DNA of 64,000 nt, from positions 21,638,001 to 21,702,000 of the forward strand of contig NC_086380.1 in NCBI RefSeq assembly GCF_036588685.1, read 5' to 3'. Below, in pieces: positions 36,684 to 50,100 of the stretch. This stretch comes from Mytilus trossulus (lineage: Eukaryota). The notes beneath the pieces were generated by a model. It had not been told where the DNA came from. It saw only the letters and a list, made by a program, of their open reading frames with translations, and ran no database searches. Every line of letters begins with the position of its first letter. Position 1 is the stretch's first letter. Position numbers and translations under genes: made by a program.

Positions 36684-38813
36684 ATGAATCCAATTCAGAC
36701 CGTTGTCACATTCATTGCTGTCTTCGCCACAGTTAATGGTGCTGGTTATGGAAAAGGTGGCGGTATGGGCGGCGGTATGGGAGGTGGTATGATGGGAGGA
36801 GGAATGGGTGGCGGTATGGGCGGGGGAATGATGGGTGGTGGTATGGGAGGTGGTATGATGGGAGGCGGTATGGGAGGTGGTATGATGGGTGGTGGCATGG
36901 GAGGCGGTATGGGTAAGATGATGGGCGGTGGAATGATGGGAGGTATGGGAGGTGGTATGATGGGCGGTATGGGCGGTGGTATGATGGGTGGTATGGGTAT
37001 GGGTAAGATGATGGGCGGCGGTGGTATGGGCGGAGGAATGGGAGGTGGTATGATGGGAGGTATGATGGGTGGTATGGAGGGCGGTATGGGTGGTATGGGA
37101 GGTGGTATGGGTAAGATGATGATGCCAATGCCAATGCCAATGCCAATGCCAATGCCGATGCCAATGCCAATGCCAATGCCAATGCCAATGCCAATGCCAA
37201 TGCCAAAATCTATGCCAATGCCAATGCCAATGCCAATGCCAAAAATGGGAGGTGGTATGATGGGAGGCATGATGGGAGGTAAGTTGAACTAATATTGTTT
37301 TCTTTCTTTTAACTATTTATGTATTCCATTCAATGTTTTGCATGATGAACTTGGGGAACACACAGCTACCGCTAACATAAAAACAAACACCAAATACACG
37401 TGGCTATATTGATGACTCACAAATATGTCTAGCACGCTCTTGGTGTGAAATTCAAAATTTAAACTGAATTTTATTAATGCCTCAAAATTTAAGCTGAACC
37501 ATTATGTTTTCTCTTCTGAATAAACTGATATCATTAATAAAGAACAAGGTTTGGTCACTTTTATTTATGAACATTCAAATGTAAATTGTGTAATACTATT
37601 GAAATCACCCATAACTATTTGTTACATGTGTATATATAGTACATGAATGTAGTTTGAATTCAAATTCAAACATCGAAAGTTATATATTGATATGTTTCAT
37701 GTTTAAGAAAAAGAAATACACTTATTACTATAATATCATAAAAAACATCTTTATTGTTAATATTATTTATTTACTTGTTATGATATTTGATTTATGTCTC
37801 TTTTTTCATATAGGTATGGGCGGAGGAATGATGGGCGGTATGGGCGGTATGGGCGGAGGAATGATGGGAGGTATGGGCGGAGGAATGGGAGGAGGAATGG
37901 GAGGAGGAATGGGCGGAGGAATGGGCGGTAAAATGGGAGGTGGCAAAAGTAAGTGTTTGTTTATTGTAGCTTTATTTTGTAAGAATGCTCTATATATTTG
38001 CTTACATTCATTTTATTTGAACTTTGGCGAAGTTGTGTCATTGGCAATCATACCACATCTCCTTTTTATGTTGAATGTTTTGATACAAACAAACAAACCT
38101 AAGTATTACATTTATAAATATATTTTTTAATTGCAGGATACAGAAGAGCCACCGGTACGTATAACTCGCCCTCTATTTTTATATTAAAGAATATCATAAT
38201 TTCTTAAATTCTGCAAATTAAAGTACTGTGAATTCATTAATGTTCGTTGGGTACCAATTTTCGGGGATTTTCTCGGTCGAGTGAACTATGGAACTAACAG
38301 TTCAACGAACATCATTTTTTTATACTTTGACAATCCGCGAAACTAAATATCTACAAACATTCAAGTTTCCTTAATCCCAGAAAATTGGTACCCACGAAAA
38401 TAAAAAGAATCCACAGTAATTCAAACGTTCGTTGTCGTGTAATAGTCAGTGCTATTTGAATACTTTGCATCTTAATAAGATTGATTGAGTGATTAAATGA
38501 CTGAAGGGTTTGTTGACTGATTGATTGATTACTAAACGTGACATCTTCACAAATGCATTGTAGCAAATAGTGGACATCACATACATTTTTAGCCTCTCAT
38601 TTAAGAATCGAAATGAAATCATTGTTATATTCTATTAAATCAATTACATTGTACATGAAATTATTTGAAACTTTTATTTTCCTCGATTAACTTTTATCTC
38701 AAAAGTACATATCAAAGGGAAATAACCTGATATACACCTTTCGTTATTTTTTTTGGTCGTCTACTTATGTTGCTTTTTTCTTTCTTTCAGATTCTTATTC
38801 ATACGACTATTGA
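36684..38813 (+). CDS. secreted Gly/Met/Pro-rich structural protein A (256 aa); join(36684..37278,37814..37948,38137..38154,38791..38813)
   Basis: Signal peptide MNPIQTVVTFIAVFATVNG; (GGGM/GGMM)n; (MP)14-KS-(MP)5; phase-1 exons join to 771 nt ending GGKRYRRATDSYSYDY*; AATAAA at 38866. Confidence 0.88.
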
Positions 38814-40049
38814 ACAACGTCATTTAGATTGGATTAGTCAGAAACATTTCATCATTGTAATATATAATAAATGTTCATACATTCCTTGATTGTTTTTTCA
38901 TGATATTAATCACCAATATCGATTATTTTATATAAGAGTTTTGATTGTTGTAAATATGATAACATGTCATTCTCTACAGTAGAACATTTGCCATTATAAG
39001 AACTTTAGACCTGTAGAGGGTTGCAGCTAATTAAAACAAGTTTAACCCTGCTACATTCTGTATTTGTCTGTCCTATCGTTTGTAATTCAGTAGTTTCTTA
39101 ATGCCTGTATAACATATTTGTTTTTTCTGTTCTTTTTTTTGTTCATAAATCAGGCCGTTAGTTTATTCGTTTGAATTGTTTTACAATTGTCATTTTGGCC
39201 CATGAAAACATTAATCAAAATAGAAAACAAACAGGCTGTAAGAGCAGCAGCTTCTAAATTGCTCGATCGTGATTAAGGGAAGACGATATTGTTGGACGTT
39301 ATGTGTTTGTGAGTTCTCATTTCACCAATACAAGAGTGACACGACAACACTATTTTCTAACAAGGGAATTGTATTTATAAAAAAAAAGAAAATTGGGAAA
39401 ACGTCAATGAAATAAATTCTCAAAAGCACGAAGACGTCTTTTTGGTCAGTTTACCATCTCCTACGATTGACAAATGACATAATCGTATAACAAGCTTTCA
39501 TTTGCCTTCAGTTTAGATAAACAAACAAATTAACCCAAAGGACAGCAAATAATTAACATCCAAAAAATACACACCACATGAAAAACTGAAATGAAGTATC
39601 ATGAACCCTGATCACAACTAAGCGGAGTCATGTGTCAAATAAACGTAGACATATCCGTCTAAGTATTATGATGAGTCGTGTCCGATTATTAATCACCAAA
39701 AAAGAAAAGAGGAGGGCATGTTTGCTCTACGATACATAGACTATTGCTATGGTCATCCGTACAACAATATTCAGTTACTATCAACGATACAAGTCATGGT
39801 GTCAAATATAACACGTTCTATATCATGATTCATGTTTTCTATCACAAACTATTGGTGTAGTTCCTTTTAAAAAAAATAATAAATCATCTTATTTAAAATC
39901 CTGATAGAAATCTCAAGCCATTGTATCAAGAAATATATAAAAATACCGAACTCCAGTGTTACTTAAAAGAGGGGGAGTCTATCTAAACAGATTACATCAA
40001 ACGTAATCAATCAACAGAACGAGTGAAAAACAATTAACTGACTGTCGTA

Positions 40050-40790
40050 CAAGTGAGAGGGTTAGCGCTATAGAACCAGGTTTAATGCACCATTTTCTAC
40101 ATTTGAAAATGCCTGTACCAAGTCAGGAATATGACAGTTCTTGTCCATTCGTTTTTGATGCGTTTTGTTTTTTGATTTTGCCATGTGATTATGGACTTTC
40201 CAAATTGATTTTCCTCTGAGTTCAGTATTTTTTGTGATTTTCTTTTTGTCATATTTCCGACTTCGAATATGCCTTTTCAGATCAAAATGGTGAGTTAAAA
40301 ATAAGAAAATGATATGAACGCCAATGAAACAACTCTCCAAAAGAGATCAGGTGACACAAAAATTAACACTGTACGGTTTTCCTCAATGAATAATTGAATA
40401 TAAGAAGATGTGGTAGAGTGCCAATGCGACATGTCTTCATCAAAGTAACAATTTGTAAAAGTAAACCATTATGGATCAAAGAACGTGCTTCAACATGGGG
40501 CATTGGCTCACACGGAACAGTAAGCTAAAAAAAGACCCCACAAATGACTAATGTAAAACCATTCATACAGGAATACTTACGGTCTAATCTATATTTCATG
40601 GTCAGCGATAGAAGAACCCAAAATTATAAACTTAAATCAGTTCGAATGAGACAACGAATAGCATAATTTATGTGAAAATCTATGAACGAAAAACATATAT
40701 GTTATACAGCAATAAACTTCAACCACTGCAATACAAGATCCTGATTTGGAACAGGAACATACAAAATAAGGCAGGTTATACTCGGTTAAT
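40050..40790 (+). repeat. cluster of interspersed repeats (family 2, then family 1-like)
   Basis: Sequence identity to 27990-28190 and to 22960-23150. Confidence 0.7.
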
Positions 40791-43700
40791 GGCCCCTTAC
40801 CTCCGACGGTGGTGTGATAGTTCAACATATGAACAAACTATGAAAATCAGTTGAAAAGGGCTGAACTAATCATATAGATACAAATATTAAAACAGCTTAC
40901 AAAAACACAGAGCGGTCGTAGACTAGTACTTATACGCCCCTTAGTTCAAAGACTCCACATATAGATCTGAGAGTACTTGCAGGAACTAACAGCTAGTTCA
41001 AAGCCATTAACGACTAATAAATAAAAATCATGCATCTAAGATTAAAAGTATTAATAAGTACACATGCAACATCAAATGAATTTAGCATAAAGACGTCAAA
41101 AACAGTCATAAAAAAGATGCCATTGTGCAATGCCACGATACAATTATCGAAAGATTCAAGAACCAGGAATTTGCCTCTTATATCTTTATCTAAATAAAAG
41201 TAATATCTAGTTTTATTTAAATCAACTGATAAAATAATCTTTGTTAATTGCAATAAAATATTAAATATTTATAATATAAAATAAATAGTTCAAGGATTTC
41301 AGTGTTGAACTGGTCACCTTTCAGAAAAAAATTATTTAAAGGCTCGATCACTTTTCCTGGATCTTTTTAAAATTTCATAGTTCTGTAAATAATATAATCG
41401 TAAAATTATGATGTGCAATTTTGTTTGAATCAAGAACAACCGAACTTCAAACCAAATCTGTATTTCAATGGAAAAATTAAGTAAAGGTTAGAAGTAATCT
41501 GTAGAAACGAAATCCTTGACTTAATATTTAACCAGAACTACGCAGATTACGTTAATTGAATTCCGAAACGTCACAACAAACACGGACATAGCGAACAGTT
41601 TGGATTATATATACTGTACGCTTGTGCCAAAGGAACATCTCCGTCGTCCTAAAAAATGAAATTAACAATAGGAAACAAACACCACTCATTTTGTCGTATG
41701 TTTTAGTTTACATTTCCTCGTGTATAACCGAAATATCTAAACTAAAAAAGGATAGTTATTAGCGTTTATTTTTAGAAAATTCTTTATCATTTAACGACAA
41801 ATAAAGAAAAGTGTTGCAGAATTTATCAATTGAATGCAATTCAAACGGATCTGTTCTGAGTTTGGTCATAAACTGTGATTCATAACAGAACAAGTCTGCC
41901 ATTGATGGGGCGCACTTGATGCCCATGGAAAACATATAACCTGATTAAAAGCTGTCTAAAATTTCCACATGAATGACAGTTGTCTATAGTTCTGTTACAT
42001 TGACAAAATTGAGAGACCAATCGATTAAGTCATGTACATTTAGCGATAATTAGGATACGTCAAAATCATATTACCAAGCATCACAACTGACAAAAAATGT
42101 AAATACACATACAATTAAATCTTAGAAAGACACAAAGAAAAGGTTTTGTAGTGGTATAGAATGATGACAAGGATGCAGAAAAAAATCTTTTGTCGTTAAA
42201 AGTATTATAAAGTACAAATATAGTCAAATAAAATTACATGTGTAAAACAAATGGAAACGACACTGTAAAAAACTAAACAAAAAAAAAAAAAATTTTTTTT
42301 CCTCATCGTGCATCAGTACCCACCTGAACCGGACTTTCCTTATAAAAAGAAAACCATAACAGAATAATGCATAGATACCGTAATTAATCATTAAATAATA
42401 AAAACTCTACCTCAATAACACAAAAAGACAAACAAAGAAAAAACTGTAAAGCCAAAAAGAAACCGAACCTCAACAGTAATAATCAATAAGTATAGACCAA
42501 CTCAATCATTTGTGAAGAAGACACTGAATATTTATATATTTAGTCTTAGTATTTTGTGTTAAGTATTTTAGAAAAAAGAAAAAATGTCTTTTACAAATCC
42601 CTTGCTCATTATATATTTTAAAAATAAAGCCAATATGTAGATGGTTCTAACGCAGATTTTTACAAACAAAAGTTCATTTGAGAAAGGGAATATTATGGTC
42701 TAAAGTTTTGTTATCAACTGGTGCTCACTGTCGATTTATCGATACATTATGTTTCAATCTGCCAAACAACAATGCAAAAGCGACGGTATGTCACTTTTAC
42801 CAAATTAGTTCATATGTGACACATTGGTGCACCTTAGTAATGTAAGTAACCGCACAATTTTTTAACAGATGAAATTGCACGAAAACAGCAGAAATAAGCC
42901 TTTTATGCATATTTCGCTAGTTATATGGCAACACTAATGATAGACCTAGCAGTGAGTTTGATATATTTTATAGTCGGATCTATAGAATAAATATCAATTT
43001 TATTTATTTATATTTAATCAGGTTGTTGTATCTTCGTTTGAATTGTTCAACCTTTTTAATACTAGTACATAATTGCTTTATTTAATGAGTTTGTCTTTAT
43101 AGAAAGCTGTTACGAATGAAAACAGCACTTTATTGTTTTTATGATTCTTACGGACAAATAATGCCAGATATCTCAAAGTCAACGGTGTATATGATATACA
43201 AAAACAGACGAAGATCTTTGTAATAAAAAAAACCTAACAAATAGTAAAATACATCTAATGCGAATTTGCTTGAAAAAGTTGAAACCTTAGTTGATTTTTT
43301 TATGATAAAAATTAAAAAAAAAATGACAATTGAAGGAAGTTTATTATGTAAATAGTATCAATACAGGGGTACTGAGTACTGGGCTGATGGTCGAAGACTT
43401 GGTATTCCTCTATTAGAGATGTCAACAGAGTGCTTTACAAATGAAAACAACACGTTACAAATTTCATGCCTTCGAATGTGACATATAATTGCAAATTATG
43501 CTATTTCGACCCTAATGGATAGTTATCTCAATCGCAATCAAATTAGATATCCTTAAAACAGGAGATCAACAAACAACAAACCAAACATAGATATTGCCAT
43601 TTACATACACTAAAATATAAATTAACAAAAACACTGAAATCCGAGGACAATTCTATACTGAAGGTCCGTTAGCAAATAGCAAAGCCAAATGCTCAAACAC

Positions 43701-43879
43701 ATCAAACAATAGATGACAATGCAACTGTTATTCCTGATTTGGCACTGGTACTTGGTGCCTGGTACTTAAAGATATGTAAAATAAGAAAAACAAAAATATA
43801 TTGAAACATAAAAATTGCCTTTACCCTTTTTCAATATGGAAACGTAACAGTAAATATAGGATTATTGTGTAATAATATC

Positions 43880-44525
43880 CTGCATGTCATAGTGCATTAT
43901 TTCCATGTGTCAAATGGTGTATTGATTCCTCTCAATTGATGGTATATAAATTGCGTATATTCAATCATGTATTTATTCTATCCATCCAATCGTGTATGAT
44001 TTCCCTGCGTCTAATGTTGTTGTTATACCTTATGCCCAGTGGTGTATTTATTGTATACATTTAGTGATGTATAATTAAGCCCCCTACATCCAATTGTGTA
44101 TTATAGATTAAATGTATGCATCAAGATTTGTCTTTATTCCCTACATGAAATTGTGTATAAATTCCAAATATGCAATGGTGTAAAAGTTCCCTTCACCCAA
44201 TTTGTGTATTAAGTCACTTCATCTAAAGTTGAATTACTACATACCATCTAATGGTGTTTACATTCCCTACACGCTATGGTTTATTAATTCACTACACTTA
44301 AAGTTGAATTAATACATAACATCCAGCTAAACTTATGTTCACTATTGTTAAAATTTCTCTGCATCCAATGGTGTTTTAATTCCCTATATACATGGTGTTT
44401 AACTTCCAAACATAAAATGCCGTAAATGTTCCCTACATCCAATGTGTATATTATTACACTACACCTAAAGTTGAATTTAAATAATGGTGTTTTAATTCCC
44501 TACACGCAATGGTGTATTAGTTCAG
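43880..44525. repeat. highly degenerate ~24-25-bp minisatellite
   Basis: Recurrent ATCCAATGGTGTATTAATTCCCTAC-like unit. Confidence 0.6.
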
Positions 44526-46789
44526 TAAATTCAATACAATACAGTTTCGATCCCACGTTGATATTTTAATAAAACTTTTATACTAGCTTTTTTCACCTAA
44601 GACTGTGTCAAATATGTCATAAAATATACCTTCATGTGCTACTTAAAGAGATAATTGGGATCGAAATTGAGACCTTTATTGAAAATTAAATTACAAAAGA
44701 CATACATAACTTTTTTAATTCAAAAGATGAACACAGGCAGATTTTTGTTTGTTTTGGATACAAGTAATTCAAAGTATCAGGATTTAACAAAAGAGTCCAT
44801 ATTTTATATCTGTATATTTATCTAATTTAAAAACAAAATCATCGTTTACATCCCTTACAAATTGGTACAAATAATCAACATACGTAATCAAACCAAAATA
44901 AGTTAAAAAAGGGTTCATTGAACTCATTTTCTCAAGTGTTCAATCCCTTCGAATGATAAAAATGTATCTTTTCCCGATATGCCACAGTTCGAAATCACTT
45001 AAACAACATTTTTTTCTTTAGCAACATCTTTACCTCTCCTTTGACTGTATCAAATGCCCTAAATACATACTACCAAATGATGTTTTTATTCCTTATGTTC
45101 AATGGTATATATACATTCCTGATAACCAATAGTGAGATAATTCTAAAAATCCAATGATGCAATATATCCGGAGATCGATATGTTAGAAACACCTTTCTAT
45201 GACATATACTCCCATTTGAATCATTTAAACATGATATGAATCATAAGTTCATTTTTTCATTTTTTCATTTCATTTTCAAGTCTAATTAAGGAATATAATG
45301 ATCTTGATGTACATTGTATGTTGTAACAGTCGTGTCCCAGTAACATTGTATCAGACGTGTACTAATAAAGGTATATACCAGACGCTAAGGTTGACTAATT
45401 ATATTTTTAATTTGGGGACTATGTCAAAACATTGATTATCGATTTAACAATTAAAATCCTATTCGTGTTGTTGACCGGCTATGTATCTCAAATACTTTTT
45501 GCTTTACAATTGCAATCTAAAACTTCTTCATCTCGCAATAGTATTTGAACCAATACATACCAAAAAACAAATTAAAAGAGTTGGTCCTGATTTGTTTCAT
45601 GAAAAAAGTAACCAACGTAGATACAAGTACGGAGTCATAAATAGTACTACGTAAATAATCACTCTGATTCAAACAAAAAAATGCTGACATTATAAAGATG
45701 CAAGATTACTTGATGGACACCATATTTTATACGTTTTGAGGACGACATGAATTGTCATTAATATGGTCAAATTTATAAATTCACTGTTTACAAATTTTTG
45801 AATTGAATTAAATACTAAGGCTTTTCTACCTCAGACATAGATTACCTTAGCTGTATTTGGCAAATTCTGTAGGAATTTTGGTCCTCAATGCTCTTCAACT
45901 TCGTAATTTATTTGGCCTTTTTAACTTTTTTGGATTGGAGCGTCACTGATGAGTCTATTGTAGACGAAAGTCGCGTCAGGCGTATATACTAAATTTAGTC
46001 CTGTTATTTATGATGAGTTTATTTCCAACAACCAATAAACAACAATGACCGAACATCGATTAAACGAGTTAGTGTCAATGCAAATGTCAGAAATAAACCC
46101 CAAAATACCCATCCTGTTGGTAATTCAAAACCACAAATTATTAGTATTCAGTATCGTACAAATATAAAAAAAAATATGGTAACTTTTGAGCTTGAGAGAC
46201 TAAGCACATACATATTTTGTGTGAAACCGTATGTAGACAACAAAAGGACGTTTGATATTATTGAAATGATGAACTACTGTCTCATTAAAAAATATATCAT
46301 ATCTGTCTCCTTTTATTTGAAAAGATTTCAAAATCATGAAAGTGCTTTGAAAAGTTTTAATTTGAAATATGCTAGGCTAAATGTATTTTACATTTAAAAT
46401 TACGTAGGTGCCAGTATTCAACTTTTAAATATATCATATCTATAATAAAAGATTTTGTAGTGTAAGGCATACAAAAACAATTATGAGGAAGTTAATGAAA
46501 CATTTTCTTGAAATTGCAATACCTTAACAGCTTAAAGTTTTAGTGTTATAAAAGGAACATATAAAAGAAATTCATGAAAGCGTAATCTTCACAAAAAATA
46601 TACTATGAATTATTCGAATTTAAAAACTAATATCTATAAGGAAATTGTTATAATTATGTTCGCAAAGAGTAATAAGAAACAGAATCAGTCTGTAACAGTT
46701 GAAACCCAAAATTCAACTAACACACACGTACATATAGTTCAAATCTGAAAATCACTTATGTGTTTTGAGCTGTTCCCAAACTAAACGTG

Positions 46790-47098
46790 TGATTTGTCAA
46801 CCTCAGCATCGAGTGTACACTATTTCGTAACATATCAATTACAATCGATTACATACGTTACATCTATCGTACACTAGTTTGACATGCTAAAACTTATAAT
46901 TAATCTAACAGGTTCAAATCAAACATGATAATAAAGAGATATGACTGATGTTTTAGCATGTTTCTATTTTACAAGGCGTTAAAGTTGAATGCACTGTTTC
47001 CTGTAGTAGATTATTATAAAAGGGGTCCAGTCTCTGAATATGGTCACAACTTGATTGTCCTCCCTGATTACCATAGCATCTCACTGCTACAACTAAAG
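46790..47098 (+). promoter_or_regulatory. promoter (TATAAAA 47015-47021) and non-coding exon 1 (about 47042-47098) of Gly/Met-rich gene B
   Basis: Paralogous to 34000-34257; donor AAAG|GTAGGT. Confidence 0.75.
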
Positions 47099-48848
47099 GT
47101 AGGTTGTTTTAATAGAAATTTACTATTTGGTGATTTCACAATTTAACTAAGGTTTTGCCTCCATCAGATATTAATGACCCTAGATTGCTTGAGTTATTAT
47201 TTTAAAGTTATATGATTTTCCCCGATATTCATTTTTCATACATTTGTAGGTTTTAAATATCTAACTTTGAGTGTCCTAAATAAAGATTATTCCATAATAG
47301 CGCATCCGGCCAATACAATCTATAAAGTGGTCTTTTCATTTGTTTTCCATTCAGTATATGTTTATTAAATCAATAATCGAGGCTGCCAATTATTTCATTT
47401 CAAATTACATAAAACCTAATTTCATTAACTGCATAATTATTTTGAACACGGACATCTTTTTAGCTGCCACAAAAACCAAACAATATCTTTTTCAACTTAT
47501 ACTATACATTAATAGTAGTGAACAGTCTGGTAGATGCCATATTCAAAAACTATATTTAGTAGTATCTTTCTAAACACCAATATTTAATTTTCGTTTTCCT
47601 GAACAGAATTTACAAGGAAAATATAGAACCTTTATTCGATATATTTTAAATAAAAATATGAGGTCTGAATTACCACACATTTAACTTGGAAAATTCAATA
47701 ACTAGGCATTTTTCCTTGTTTTTATGAATTATGATCTGATTTTGCATACTAAGAATATGTTTAATATGCATCAAACTTTACTTCAACGTTAAGATGATAA
47801 AACCTCTGTTGAAAACATACATTTTATAACGAAAGGAAATAAGGCTGTTCATAACTTGATTAATATCTTTTTAACATATTTACAATAACCATTACATATT
47901 AGAAATGCAAATTACTTTCTTGAATCTGTTGTTACTATTCTAATGTAGGTTTAAAAAACATCAATTAAAACCAAAACATTATCATTAATTGTCTCTTCTA
48001 TATTTTACATATATTTATAGACATTCATATATCGCTACAATAAAAATGAATGTTGAACGTTATATATATGATTCGTCTGAAAACGTTATGAGGATAAACC
48101 AGGAGTGCTCAAACCAAACAAAGAAGTATTAAAAAGCAAGGAGGTTTAAGTATTTGAAGACATAAAAGTATATCACTAAATGTAGCTGAACTGTATCCTG
48201 TTATCTTTGGTTGTTGAATAGCAGTACAATATTAGAATAATTTATTGCAAACATTTTGAGACACATAGTAATGTGTAGATATATTCCATATTTTCGACAA
48301 AACCCATCTTCTGATATCATATTTCAAAATTCTTACTTTTTTCTTCTTACATAATTGTGGTTTTTTTTTCATTAAAAATCTATGCACATTTTAGAATTTT
48401 TGCATGACTTGTAGCTTGAAATATAACATGGTTACCCATAGAGATTTTATTAATAAGAATTATACATAAAAACAAAATTGGTTGGTCTTATCATTTATTT
48501 TTATTCTATCATGTCTATAGATCACTAAAATATATTTCATGAATATTCTTATTGCCTAAAACTGTTTCAATAATAATAGATACAAGGAATGAGTTTAAAT
48601 TCCCTTTTTTGTTTCTTGCCTCTTGCGCAAAAATTAATCAGTGTTAATATATTACACATGTTACACGATGTCAGGAAAGCAAAACACTATCTTCTATAGT
48701 TTAATATCTTTTGACTTACACATAAACAGTTCACAAATCTAATAAAATTATTTTCAATATTATCAGACAATCAATAAAAAACAAATGAATTGCAAATATT
48801 TGTTTCTTTTACTAACAATCATTTCGTCTTTTATTTCAGTCTTTCATA

Positions 48849-50064
48849 ATGAATCCAATTCAGATCGTTATCACATTTATGGCTGTCTTCGTCACAGTTA
48901 ATGGTTTTCCCTACGGTGGCGGTATGGGCGGCGGTATGATGGGTGGTGGTATGATGGGTGGTGGTATGATGGGTGGTATGGGTATGGGTAAGATGATGGG
49001 CGGTGGAATGGGAGGTGGAATGGCCGGTGGTATGGGCGGTGGAATGGGAGGTGGAATGGGCGGTGGAAAAGGTATGCAGATGGAAATGGAAGCCGCTCCG
49101 GGTGGAATGGGAGGCGGTATGGGTGGAATGGGTATGGAGGTTGAAATGAAACCCGCTCCAGCTGCTGGTAACAAGATGGGCGGTGGAATGGGCGGTATGG
49201 GTGGTGGTATGGGAGGCGGTATGGGAGGAATGGGTATGGAGGTTGAAATGAAACCTGCTCCAGCTGCTGGAAGCAAGATGGGCGGTGGAATGGGCGGCGG
49301 TATGGGAGGTGGTATGGGAGGAATGGGCGGTGGAATGGGTATGGAGGTTGAAATGAAACCCGCTCCAGCTGCTGGTAACAAGATGGGCGGTGGAATGGGA
49401 GGCGGTATGGGAGGTGGTATGGGAGGAATGGGCGGTGGAATGGGTATGGAGGTTGAAATGAAACCCGCTCCAGCTGCTGGTAACAAGATGGGCGGTGGAA
49501 TGGGCGGTGGAATGAGCGGTGGAATGGGTCAGATGATGATGATGCCGATGCCAATGCAAATGGCAATGCCACAACAAATGCCAATGCCAATGTCAATGAT
49601 GGGAGGTAATCAGAATTATTTTCTAAATTTAAATTACATTTTTCTTTTGTTTGTTTGCTGTACGGTCAAGAAACACAAAAGTCACCCTATTGTATAATCC
49701 ATTCATCGCTCGGAGATAATACAAATATATGTTAAGCATGATACCTCATACAAAAATAATTCACTTGTCATTTAAAATTAGTAAATTAAAAACGATCAAA
49801 TACGAATTGAATAAAAAAAAAACCAATGTAAATCGTGTCGAAAGTTTGTCATTACCTGTAATATATATCATGTCGTAAGTTTGACATTAAATGTAATATA
49901 TTTGAAAAAAAAATTAAATATATATTTCATGTTGAAGTTAAGGAAAGTAAAAACGTAAGATACCTACATAAACAAATCCACTTTGTATTGTGTTGAATAT
50001 TAATGTAAATCATTTTTTTATTTTAATTTGGTGGATATTGATAATCATAACACATCTCCTTATT

Positions 50065-50100
<36 letters not shown>

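Noticed and set aside
36733-37270. Minus-strand ORFs (poly-LA, PPI, YHLP repeats); likewise 48831-49596, 50149-50619 and 51011-51272
   Set aside because: Antisense or alternate-frame shadows of the GGM/MP-coding repeats. Only the plus-strand frame has a signal peptide, splice sites and a promoter.
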